Source: an uncultured Acidobacteriota bacterium (GTDB lineage Bacteria; Acidobacteriota; Polarisedimenticolia; J045). From it: a stretch of DNA of 64,000 bases. The stretch spans positions 32,001-96,000 of the forward strand of contig CAVPCQ010000018.1 of the NCBI GenBank assembly GCA_963702425.1, given 5' to 3'. How positions within the stretch are numbered: the stretch's first letter is position 1; each line of letters opens with the position of its first letter. The notes beneath the pieces were generated by a model. That model made no database searches. It was not told the DNA's origin and saw nothing but the letters and a program-made list of their open reading frames with translations. Position numbers and translations under genes: made by a program. This document shows positions 51,327 to 60,855 of this stretch, in pieces.

Positions 51327-53752
51327 AGCGACGCTCCGCCGGGCCGGCGTTCGCCGCAGCCGGCGGACTGGCCCTCGCCGCGCAGACCGACCTGCTGCGC
51401 GAGCTGGTCGTCGCGCTGCAGGGGGACGAGACGGCCGTCGGGCTGGGGCTGGCGGTGTGGCTGGTCGGCATCGCCGGCGGAGCGCTGGCTGCGCGCGCGG
51501 CGGTCGCCCACGACCCGGGCGGCGTCACCCCGCTGGCCCCGCACCCCCCGCGCACCCTGCCTGCCCCGCACACCCCGCACACCCGGCGCGCCCCGCGCGC
51601 GGCGAGCACGGGGCTCGCCGGCCTCGCGCTGGCGACGCTCGCGGCGGTCGTGCTGGCGCGGACCGGCCGGGCCTGGCTCGGCGTGCCCGCAGGCGAGCTG
51701 CTCAGCCTCGGTCCGGCGCTCGCGCTGGCGCTCGCGGTCCTGCTCGTGCCGGGCGCGCTCGTCGGCTGGACCTTCGTCGCGCTGGCCGCGGCGGCGCAGC
51801 AGGCACACCGCGCTGCGGCGGGGACCGTCGTCGTCGGGCTCTACGTCCTCGAGTCGCTCGGCGCCCTGGCCGGCGCGGTGCTGGTGACGTTCGTCGCGAT
51901 CCCGCTGCTCCCGACCGTACGCGGCGTGCTGGCTGCGGGGGCGCTCGCCCTCCTCGTGGCTTCGGTGTCGGCGCGGCGCGGCATCGTCGCCGGGCGATGG
52001 GCGCTGCCGGTCCTCGCCGCACTCCTCGCGCTGGGGGCGCTGTCTCCCGCGGCCGGCTGGCTGGAGCAACGGACCCAGACGGCGCGCTTCGCGACCCTCG
52101 CCCCCGGGCTGCCCCTGCTCGCCTGGCGCGACACGCCGTACCAGAACGCGGCAATCGGAGGGGAACCGGCCGGTCCCGGCGCGCTGCGCAGCTTCTACGC
52201 GTCGGGCCAGCTCGCCGCCAGCTTCCCCGACCCGGCGACGGCGGAGCAGCAGGCGCACCTGCTGATGAGCCTCGCGCCGCGGCCGCGCCGCGTCTTCGCG
52301 GCCGGCGGGGTCGAGACCGGGATGCTGCGCTTCGTGCTGCGACACCCGGTCGAGCGGATCGACGTCGCGATCCCCGACCGGCGCGCCTTCGAGTTGACGA
52401 GGGAATACGTTGCGAAGGAAGATCGGGACGCCCTGGTCGATTCGCGGGTGCGGCTGCTCTTCGACGACCCGCGCCGCGCGCTGGCTCGCGGCGGCGAGCC
52501 GTACGACCTGGTACTGATCCTCGAGCGCGAGCCGGAGACGCTGCTTGCGGCACGCCTCGCGACGGTCGAGTTCTTCCGCGCGGCGGCGGCGCGGCTCGAT
52601 CGCGAGTCGGGGGTGCTGGTGGCGAGCCTGCCGGTGGCCTCGGTCGCGCTGGCCGGGGAGACCGCCGGGCTGGGCGCGTCGCTCTGGGGCGCGCTGCGCG
52701 AGGCGCTCCCGGTGGCACACGCCTCGCCCGCGCCGCAGGCCCTCCTGGTCGCCGGCTGGAACCCGGCGGCCGCGACGCTCGACCCGGGCGTGCTGGCGGC
52801 GCGCTGGCGCGAGCGCGGCATCGCCTCGCACGCCTTCGATGCGGCGCTCTTTCCGCTGCTGCTGCCGCCGGAGGGGGCCGCCGCGCTGGCCCGCGACCTC
52901 GAGCGGCTGCGCGGCGATGTCGCGCCCTCGCGCGACGACCGCCCGACCGCCTTCCTGCACGCCTTCGTCCGGCGCCAGCAGGTGGCGCGGAGCGCGGCCG
53001 CGCCGCTGGTCGCCGCGGCCGCGGCGCACCCCGCCTCGCTGGCGCTGCTCGCGCTGCTCCCCACGGCGCTCTTCGCGCTGTCGACGCTCGCGCGGCGCGC
53101 GCGCGGGGCGCGGCACGCGGCGCCGGGCCCGCGCGCGGCGCCGGCCCGGCGCGGGCCGCCGGACCTGCGCGCGGCCGCGTGGCACTCGGTCGCTGCGACC
53201 GGCGCGTGCGGCATGGCCTGGAGCCTCGTGCTGCTGGTCTCGTACCAGGTGCGTGCCGGGATGCTCTACGGGCGGATCGGGCTGCTCGCGGCGCTCTTCA
53301 TGGCGGGGCTTGCGGCCGGCGGCTGGGCGGTGCGGCGCGCGGCGTCGGGTGAGACGGGCGACGCGGGACGGGGCCTCGTGCTGGGCGCGGCGCTCGGTAC
53401 GGTTTTCGGCGCGCTGCTGGCCGGGATGCTCGCCGCGCTGAGCGCGGTCCCGGCGCTCGGCGCACTGGGTGACTTCGGGCAGGCGGCGCTGCACGGCCTG
53501 CTGCTGTTCGTCGCCGGGATCGCGACCGCCGCGCCGTTCCCGGCGGCCGCGGGCGCCATCGCCGCGGCGGGCGGGGACGCGGCGCGCGCCGCGGCGGGAC
53601 CGGAGATCGCCGACCACCTCGGCGCGGCGCTCGCGGCGCTCGCGACCGCGGTCCTGCTGGTCCCGGCGCTCGGCCTCGCGGCGACGGCGCTGCTGACGGC
53701 GGGGATCCAGATGCTCGCGCTTGTCGCGGCGCTCGCGGCGGCGCGCGCGTGA
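51323..53752 (+). CDS. Membrane-embedded spermidine-synthase-like protein (TM bundle - aminopropyltransferase-like domain - TM bundle)
   Basis: QTDLLREL..GDE, YVLESLGALAG, DTPYQN, DDPRRAL..YDLV, TVEFF, DDRP, YQV..G.LY, ADHLGAALAA. Confidence 0.72.
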   Translation: MKRRSAGPAFAAAGGLALAAQTDLLRELVVALQGDETAVGLGLAVWLVGIAGGALAARAAVAHDPGGVTPLAPHPPRTLPAPHTPHTRRAPRAASTGLAGLALATLAAVVLARTGRAWLGVPAGELLSLGPALALALAVLLVPGALVGWTFVALAAAAQQAHRAAAGTVVVGLYVLESLGALAGAVLVTFVAIPLLPTVRGVLAAGALALLVASVSARRGIVAGRWALPVLAALLALGALSPAAGWLEQRTQTARFATLAPGLPLLAWRDTPYQNAAIGGEPAGPGALRSFYASGQLAASFPDPATAEQQAHLLMSLAPRPRRVFAAGGVETGMLRFVLRHPVERIDVAIPDRRAFELTREYVAKEDRDALVDSRVRLLFDDPRRALARGGEPYDLVLILEREPETLLAARLATVEFFRAAAARLDRESGVLVASLPVASVALAGETAGLGASLWGALREALPVAHASPAPQALLVAGWNPAAATLDPGVLAARWRERGIASHAFDAALFPLLLPPEGAAALARDLERLRGDVAPSRDDRPTAFLHAFVRRQQVARSAAAPLVAAAAAHPASLALLALLPTALFALSTLARRARGARHAAPGPRAAPARRGPPDLRAAAWHSVAATGACGMAWSLVLLVSYQVRAGMLYGRIGLLAALFMAGLAAGGWAVRRAASGETGDAGRGLVLGAALGTVFGALLAGMLAALSAVPALGALGDFGQAALHGLLLFVAGIATAAPFPAAAGAIAAAGGDAARAAAGPEIADHLGAALAALATAVLLVPALGLAATALLTAGIQMLALVAALAAARA

Positions 53753-53759
53753 GGTATCG

Positions 53760-55109
53760 CTAGGGAACGACCTCCGCGTACCACCCCTTGTCGACGATCG
53801 TCGTCTTGTAGGGCTCCGAGAGCCGCTGCAGCTTCTCGATGATCTGCCGGCCGCGGGCCGTGCCCGCCAGGCGCGGCACGCCGTAGAGCGGCCCCTCGTC
53901 GTCGATCGTGACCGGGATCAGCTCGATCCGCTTGAGCTTCTCGGCGTTGAACGTCATCCGCACCAGCACCCCTTCAAAGGTCTCTTCCGAGTCGCGCCGG
54001 TCCCAGACCGAGACGTTCGTGGGGCGCTCGACCTCGCCGTCGCGCTGGTGGATCAGGTCGATCGGGATCTTCGACGGGGTCCGGTACTGGTAGATGAAGT
54101 CCGACAGGCTGTAGAAGATCGGTTTCCCCTCGTAGATCTCGATCCCGCGCAGGACGTGCGGCCCGCTCCCCAGCACCAGGTCCGCGCCGGCGTCGATCGC
54201 GCGCCGGTACATGATCTCGTCGTTGGGCGGCGTGGTGTCCTGGATCCCGAAGGCGCGGTGGTGGCTCCTGTCGTGGTTGTGCAGCGAGACCATCACGACG
54301 GGGCCGCGCCGCTTGGCCAGCACGACGTCGTCCTCCATCGCCAGGATGTCCTTCTCGAGCGGGCCCTCGACCGCCTCGGTCGTGCCGTCCGGCTTCGCGA
54401 CCAGGATGACCGCGGGGTCGATCGTGGCCAGGCACGCCGACTGGGGGTCCGTGCAGCGGTACTTCTGCGTCCAGTAGCGCATGTACGAGAGCAGCGCGAA
54501 CTTCGTCTTCTGGCTCTGCACGCTCGTCGTGGCCGGGGCGCGCGCGTCGGCCAGCGTCATCCCCGCGCCGGCGTACGTGAAGTTGGCGTGTTCGAGCGCG
54601 GCCAGGCAGTCCTTCAACCCCTCCGGCCCGAAATCGAGCGCGTGGTTGTTGGCCATGCTGACCATGTTGATGCCGATCGCGGCCAGCTCCCAGACGAACG
54701 CCGGATCGGTCCGGAAGTTGTAGAACGGGCGCTGCGCCTCGGGGTGGGAGTTCATCGAGAACTCGAGGTTGCCGTACGCGATGTCGGCTTCCTGCATGAT
54801 CCGGAAGAGCTGCTGGTGATGCGGCTCGGGCAGGTTGGAAATCTGCTCGTTGAAGATCATGTCGCCGACCGCCGTGACGACGATGTCGCCCGGTTCCTCC
54901 CGGAGAAGCGCGGTGACCCGGCCCTTCCAGTCGATCGTCTCGGCCGGCTCGGCCGGCTTCATGCGGCGGTTGTAAACGGACTTGCTCTGGTCCCAGGTCA
55001 TCGGTGGCGGAGTCGTCTGCGCCAGGCCGGCCGTCGCGGAGACCATGACGACGCACGGCAGCAACAGCAGGAACGCCCGGGAGCGGAAGGCCGGTGCGGT
55101 GCGGGTCAT
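53760..55109 (-). CDS. Secreted CapA/PGA_cap-family metallophosphoesterase-fold protein
   Basis: Signal peptide from ATG 55109; AVGDM, GNLE, ANNHALDFG, GPHVLRGIEIY, YSLSDF. Confidence 0.88.
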   Translation of the reverse strand: MTRTAPAFRSRAFLLLLPCVVMVSATAGLAQTTPPPMTWDQSKSVYNRRMKPAEPAETIDWKGRVTALLREEPGDIVVTAVGDMIFNEQISNLPEPHHQQLFRIMQEADIAYGNLEFSMNSHPEAQRPFYNFRTDPAFVWELAAIGINMVSMANNHALDFGPEGLKDCLAALEHANFTYAGAGMTLADARAPATTSVQSQKTKFALLSYMRYWTQKYRCTDPQSACLATIDPAVILVAKPDGTTEAVEGPLEKDILAMEDDVVLAKRRGPVVMVSLHNHDRSHHRAFGIQDTTPPNDEIMYRRAIDAGADLVLGSGPHVLRGIEIYEGKPIFYSLSDFIYQYRTPSKIPIDLIHQRDGEVERPTNVSVWDRRDSEETFEGVLVRMTFNAEKLKRIELIPVTIDDEGPLYGVPRLAGTARGRQIIEKLQRLSEPYKTTIVDKGWYAEVVP

Positions 55110-55988
55110 CGTCCCTTCCTCCGGTCGTTGTCGGCGCGTGCGATCGGTGCGCGCCTGTTCAGGTCGTAGCGGTCGCCCGGGAGCAGCACGTCCACCCGCA
55201 GGCCCCGGACGCCCAGCAGGTCCTTGCCGTCGGCGGACGCGGCGCGGCTCACCGTCGCCTTCGCGGCGTCGAAGACGATCACGGACCCCGAGCCGATCAC
55301 CTCGAGCGTGCCGTCGGGCGCCACCCAGATCGCCGTGTCCTCGTCGACGCCGACGCCGAGCAGCTCGGGGTGCTCGAGGATCACCGACAGCAGGCGGTTC
55401 GACCGCTGCCGGGCGACGAAGTGCTGGTCGACGATCACCCCCCGGAAGAGGCCGAGCCCGGGCGCCAGCTCGACGGCGCCGGCCCGGATCGTCGTGAAGT
55501 CCCCTTCGCCCGTGATCATCAGCGCGCTCTGGCAGGCGGTGCCGGCCGAGGTGCCGCCGACCACCGCCCCGCGCGCGAACGCGTCGGCGATCGCCGCGCC
55601 GACCGGGGTGTCGAGCAGGGCCCGGGTGATCCGCGCCTGGTCGCCGCCGCCGAAGAAGATGCCGCGGGCCTCCCGCGCCCGCTTCGCGAAGTCGGGGTTC
55701 GCCGCGTCCTCGCGCGTCTTGATGTCGAGCACCGCGACCTTCGTGCAGCCGAGGTCCTTCCGGAACAGGTCGTCGTAGTACTCGACGATGTCGGCCTCCT
55801 CCGACGCCGTCGGGATCACGACGATCGAAGCCTCCGGCCCGCCGGCCAGCTCGACGAACTTCCGCATCGCCGCCGCCGGCTTCTCGCCGCCGCCGATCAG
55901 GACGAGCTGCCCCTTCGGCACCGGGCCCGTGGCCGGAGGCCAGACCCACACCGAGGAGCAGGACCATCACGCAGACGAGCCGGCGCAT
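55106..55988 (-). CDS. cphB: Secreted cyanophycinase (peptidase S51), frameshifted near 55934
   Basis: LVLIGGGE, IPTAS, FFGGGDQ, GTSAG, DQHF..R.R..RL, GVDEDT; the signal peptide (ATG 55988) is in a different frame from the catalytic domain. Confidence 0.82.
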
Positions 55989-56031
55989 CGTGACCTCGCG
56001 GCGCCGGAGGCCCCGGCGGGGGGCCCCCCGG

Positions 56032-56067
56032 AAGAAAGCGCGGAGCGGCCCGGGGGCCGCTCCGCGC
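56032..56067 (-). terminator. Hairpin/terminator after the TonB receptor gene
   Basis: 13-14-bp stem GCGCGGAGCGGCCC/GGGCCGCTCCGCGC followed by TTTCTT on the minus strand. Confidence 0.7.
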
Positions 56068-56084
56068 GCGGGGGAGCCTTGGTG

Positions 56085-58863
56085 TCAGAACGAGTACCGC
56101 GCCCCGAGCCGGATCTGGCGCGGAGCCTGGATCTGGTAGGGTTTCCCGTAGTTGTCGCGCGGGCCGGACCACGGGTCCTCATCGCCCAGGTAGACCTGGC
56201 CCCAGCGGTTGTAGACGTCGAGGACGGTGTTGGAGTTCAGCAGGTTGAAGGCCTCGATCCAGACCATCAGCGACGTTTCCTTGGGGAGGGCCGTCCGCCA
56301 CGCGAGGCGCAGATCGAGCATGGTCCAGTACGGGAACTTCTGCGAGCCGCGCGGGGTCAGGTTGACCTCCCGGCCCGTATTGGCGTTGTAGTCGAGACCG
56401 CTGATCCGCGCGTACGGGGTCCAGTACCAGCCCGAGAAGTAGTTGAACTGCCCGCTGATCTGGAACCCCAGCGGGAGGTCGACGTCGCCGGACAGCTTGA
56501 ACTCGTACTTGTTGTAGGAATAGTCGATGTTGCCGTCGGAGTTCGTCAGCCCGTTCCGGTCCCGGTATTCGTTGGCGTAGCCGTTGTTCTTCAGGATGTT
56601 GCCGGGCAGGTCGGAGTAGACGAACGAGCTGCGCAGGGACCAGCCGTCCAGGTAGCGCTTTTCGAAGCGCAGGACCGCGGACTGGAAGTTGCGGTACGCC
56701 CCGTTGTCCGTCGTGAGCACGAAGTTCGTCGGCGACTCGAGGTTGAAGAGCGGCAGGTTGCCGCCGCCGAACGGGTTGTCCGGGGTATCGAAGCGGGTGT
56801 AGTCGTTGTTGGTGTTGATCATCGCCATGATGTCCCGGAAGCCGCGGTCGATGTAGTCGAAGCTCAGCACCATCTGCGGGGCCAGCGTCTGCTCGTACGT
56901 CAGGATCCACTCGTCGACGTAGGCCTGGTTGACTTCGCCCATGTCGGCGGCGATCGCGGTCGGCTCGTCGCAGAGGTCGAAGGCAGCGGTCTCGGAGTTC
57001 CAGTAGCAGTCCTGGTCCGGGATCGCTGCCTTGCCGGACTTCTCGCGGTCCCACAGGTAGGTGTAGGCCTTGTCGTGGTAGCGGCCCCAGTGCAGCTTGA
57101 GCGCGGACTTGGCGTTTCCGAAGACGTCCCACACCAGGCCGATGCGCGGGTCCCAGAAGCTGGTGTCGTAGACGGTCGGATTGCCGCGACCGGACTGCCA
57201 GCCGCCGTTGTAGGAGCCGTAGCGGACGCCGAGGTTGACGGTGACACGGTTGGCCGTCATCGAGTCCTGGGCGTAGAGGGCGTAGCCCGAGTACTTCGGC
57301 GCTTCGTCGTACTCGCCGAAGCCGGTCTCGGTGAAGGCGTCCGACGAGTAGCCGCACGTCGGGTCGGCCTGGAGGGCCTTGAACTGCTCCTCCTCCGTGT
57401 CGCCCGGGCAGACCGTGGAGTCCAGGAAGTAGGTGAAGCCGCCGTTGCGACGCCACAGGTCGGACGACTTGGCCTGCTCGTACTCCGCGCCGAACTTGAA
57501 CGTGTGGGACTCGTCCATGCCGAAGAGGTCGTCCTCGAACATGCTGAACGAGCCGGAGAGGGTCCAGAGCTGGCGGTCGTTCAGCTCGCGGATCTCCTGG
57601 TTGTAGAACGAGATAGCCGGTTCCCTCCCAGTCGACGTAGCCGTTCTTCTTCTCGCCGTTGTAGGGGAGGTAGTTGTCCTCGCCGCTGTACCCGGAGAGC
57701 TTCGCGTTCAGGAAGTACTTGCTGCCGAAGGCCGACTCCCAGTGCAGCGCCAGCGTCGTCCCGGGCGCCTCCTGGTAGGACGACGCCTCGGGCAGGACGT
57801 CGACTGCGCTCACCCCGCGGTTCTCGTTCATCACCTTGTCGTACTCGAGCATGAACGACAGCCGGTTGTTGTTATCGGCCTGCCAGGTCAGCTTCCCCAG
57901 GAAGCGCGGGATCTCGCGGGTCGACGCCGCCTGCGCACCGAAGGGGGTGGTCACCTGCCGCCAGTACTCGCCGGAGACGAAGAACCAGAGCCGGTCCTTG
58001 ACGACCGGCCCGCCGAGGCTGACCGCGAGGTCGTCGAAACTGAACTCCTGCTCGGGGAACTTGGCATTCGAGTAGTTGGTGCTGGCCCAGGAGGCAGCCT
58101 GGTATTGGATCTCCACGTCGCCGCTGAAACTGTTGCCGCCCGACTTGGTCACGCCGTTGATCACGCCCCCCGTGTAGCCGCCGAACTCGGCGTTCGCGCC
58201 GAGTCCGCCGACCTCGATCTCCTGCATCCAGCGGATCGCCGGCAGGACCCAGTGCTGACCAGCCGCCGAGTCGGCGATGTTGACGCCGTCGAGGGTGAAC
58301 GCGTTCTGGTTCTCGGTGGTGCCCCCGTAGGCCAGCATCGCGCTGCCGCTGCCGCTGGTGTAGTCGAAGTTCACGCCCGGGGCCATCTGGATCACGTTGT
58401 AGTAGTTCGCGGGGATCGGCTGGTTGTCGATGTAGTGCTCGCCGAAGCTGGAGGAGACGGTGTTCGAGACCACGCTCACGGACGGGGCCGACGCCGTGAC
58501 CGTGACCTCCTCCTTCACCTCCGAGATCGGCAGCACGAAGTTGACGGCCAGCACGATCCGGGCGCGGACGCGCGCCCCTTCCTGCTTCAGGTTCTGGTAC
58601 CCCGGGAACTGGGCCTCGACCGCATAGGTCCCCGGCGGCAGCGCCGGAAAGCGGTAGGCCCCGCTCTTGTCCGTCAGCGCGCTGGCCTGGCCCCGGATCA
58701 GCGCCGGCGACGTGACGACGATCGTCACGGCTTCCAGCGGGCTGCCCTTCTCGTTCGTCACCTTGCCTTCGATGCTTCCCGTGATCGTGGTCTGCGCGAA
58801 GAGCGGCGCGACCGACACGAGCATCACGAGGAGCAGCACCACCGCCGACCGTTTCGTCCCCAT
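56085..58863 (-). CDS. TonB-dependent receptor (Oar-like, N-terminal carboxypeptidase-regulatory-like domain), frameshifted near 57612
   Basis: Signal peptide from ATG 58863; GAYRFPALPPGTY, AEFGGYTGGVINGVTKSGGN; the second frame carries YALYAQDS, LGVRY, PRIGLVWD and a terminal RYSF. Confidence 0.85.
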
Positions 58864-58895
58864 ACTGTCTCCTTCCCGCACTGCCTCCCGTGGGA

Positions 58896-59606
58896 TCAAC
58901 TGGAACCGCCCGCCCGCATCGCGGAGACGAGCGCCTTCGCTGCCGACTCGATGTGAAGCTGCATCGCCCGCTCCGCCCGCCCGGGATCGTGCGCCGCGAG
59001 GGCGGCGATGATCTCCGCGTGCTCCGCGGTGTCGGGGTCGTCCCGGCCCGGCACCGACTCCGATGCGACGCCCGGGATGATCCCCCAGAGCATCGTCGGG
59101 AAGGCGGTCCAGAGCTGGGTGAGCGAACGGATGAGGTAAGGGCGCCGGGATGCCTTGATGATCGCCAGGTGAAAGCGCCGGTTCATCTCGCGGTAGTTCG
59201 CCAGGTCGCGCGGGGTCTCGCAGGCGGCCATCTTCCGGTGCAGCTCGCGCAGCTCGTCGAGCTCGCGCTTCGTGATCTGCTGCGCGGCGAACCGCGCGGC
59301 GCGGCCCTCGATGCAGATCCGTCCGGTGTAGAAGTCCTCGACGTCGTCGGGGGTGAAGCTGACGACGCGGATTCCGCGATACGGGACGTGCTCGACGATC
59401 CCTTCCGCGGCGAGCTGCTTGAGCGCCTCGCGGACGGGGGTCTGGCTCGTCCCCAGGGCCTTCGCGAGCTTCTCCTGGCGCAGCCACTCGCCGGGCGGAA
59501 GCCGGCCCTCGAGGATCTCGACGCGCAGGCGGTCGGCCGCCCACTGCCGGAGCTGCCCCGGGGAGTCCCGTTGCTGACGCGGAGGCGACTCGTCTATATT
59601 ATGCAT
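58896..59606 (-). CDS. GntR-family transcriptional regulator (FCD domain)
   Basis: LPPGEWLRQEKLAKALGTSQTPVREAL, NRRFHLAI, EHAEIIAAL..HI. Confidence 0.93.
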   Translation of the reverse strand: MHNIDESPPRQQRDSPGQLRQWAADRLRVEILEGRLPPGEWLRQEKLAKALGTSQTPVREALKQLAAEGIVEHVPYRGIRVVSFTPDDVEDFYTGRICIEGRAARFAAQQITKRELDELRELHRKMAACETPRDLANYREMNRRFHLAIIKASRRPYLIRSLTQLWTAFPTMLWGIIPGVASESVPGRDDPDTAEHAEIIAALAAHDPGRAERAMQLHIESAAKALVSAMRAGGSS

Positions 59607-59609
59607 AAT
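59598..59609. promoter_or_regulatory. Perfect palindrome ATTATGCATAAT, candidate GntR operator
   Basis: 12-bp perfect AT-rich palindrome overlapping the gntR ATG in the divergent promoter region. Confidence 0.6.
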
Positions 59610-59743
59610 GCTTACTTAACTGGACATTAGCGCAGGGAACTCCGCGCAGTCAAGCGACCCGCGGAAGGCTCTCTAAGCGAAAGTAGGGCGATGATCCGGA
59701 GAGCGCCACCGTTCGGGCGCCTCCCGACGGAGGGCGGCAGGAG

Positions 59744-60835
59744 ATGGCCACCGACCCGCGGCTGATCGACACCTTTCTGGAGGTCGCGCGCATCGAGGGG
59801 ACCTCCGGCAACGAGCGCGCCGTGGCCGACCACGTCCGGCGCGTCCTCGAAGGGCTCGGGATGGAGGTCCGCGAGGACGACGCGCACCTCTCAGCCGACG
59901 GGAACTGCGGGAACCTCGTGGCCCGGGCCGGCCGGGGCGGCGACCTGGTCCTGATGGCGCACATGGACACCGCCCGGCCGTCGGGGCAGAGCCGCCCGAT
60001 CGTCCACGCCGACCGCATCACCTCGGACGGGACCACGGTGCTGGGGGTCGACGACCGGGCCGGGATCGCGATGCTGCTCCACGCGGCCGAGCAGGCGCTG
60101 CGTGGCGGCCGCGGCCGCAAGGACTTCACGCTCGGCTTCACGATCTGCGAGGAGACGACGCTCGCGGGCTCCGCCGCCATCCGCTTCGACCCCGCGATCA
60201 CGGGCGCGGTCCTCTTCGACTCGTCGCTGCGGCCCGGCAACTTCATCTGCCGCTCCTACGGCTGCCAGCACGTGCTGGCCACCGTGCACGGGCGCGCCTC
60301 GCACTCCGGGATCGCCCCGGAAAAGGGGATCAGCGCGATCGCGGTCGCCGCGAAGGCGATCGCGCGCCTCCCGCTGGGCCGGATCGACGACGAGACGACC
60401 GCCAACGTCGGGATCATCCGCGGCGGCTCCGCGACCAACGTCGTCCCCGAGGAGACGAGCCTCGACGCGGAGGTGCGGTCGGTGCACCCCGCCCGCGTCG
60501 AGGAACTGGTCGGTCGGTTCCGCGCCTGCTTCGAGGAGGAAGCGGCGCGCGCGGGCGCCACGCTCGAGTTCCGCGCGGAGTGGGACTTCATGCCCTACAC
60601 CGTGGACGAGTCGAGCGCGCTGTTCGCGCGCGTGGCCGCGGCGCTGCGCGCGGTCGGGCTCGAGCCGGCGCCCCGGGTCTCGGCGGGCGGCTCCGACGCC
60701 AACTCGCTCAACGCGCGCGGCCTGCCGGCGATCAACCTCGGCATCGGCGCCCAGAACCCGCACGGCAACGACGAGTTCATCCTGCTCGAGGACCTCGACA
60801 AGGGCGCCGCGCTCGCGCTCGCGCTGCTGTCCTGA
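59744..60835 (+). CDS. M20/M25/M40 metallopeptidase (peptidase T-like)
   Basis: AHMDT, GVDDRAG, CEET, GRASHSG..PEKGISAI, GGSDAN, PHGNDE. Confidence 0.9.
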   Translation: MATDPRLIDTFLEVARIEGTSGNERAVADHVRRVLEGLGMEVREDDAHLSADGNCGNLVARAGRGGDLVLMAHMDTARPSGQSRPIVHADRITSDGTTVLGVDDRAGIAMLLHAAEQALRGGRGRKDFTLGFTICEETTLAGSAAIRFDPAITGAVLFDSSLRPGNFICRSYGCQHVLATVHGRASHSGIAPEKGISAIAVAAKAIARLPLGRIDDETTANVGIIRGGSATNVVPEETSLDAEVRSVHPARVEELVGRFRACFEEEAARAGATLEFRAEWDFMPYTVDESSALFARVAAALRAVGLEPAPRVSAGGSDANSLNARGLPAINLGIGAQNPHGNDEFILLEDLDKGAALALALLS

Positions 60836-60855
60836 GCGGCGGGGGATTTCCGACG

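Noticed and set aside
53760-55988. 742-aa signal-peptide-CapA fusion
   Set aside because: The middle is off-frame cyanophycinase sequence; capA has its own RBS, ATG (55109) and signal peptide
55930-57620. Programmed ribosomal frameshifting or phase variation at the two indels
   Set aside because: No slippery heptamer or long homopolymer/SSR at either site
56179-59544. 1121-aa ORF as a single protein
   Set aside because: Chimeric: off-frame gntR sequence, the true receptor N-half from 58863, then nonsense after the frameshift
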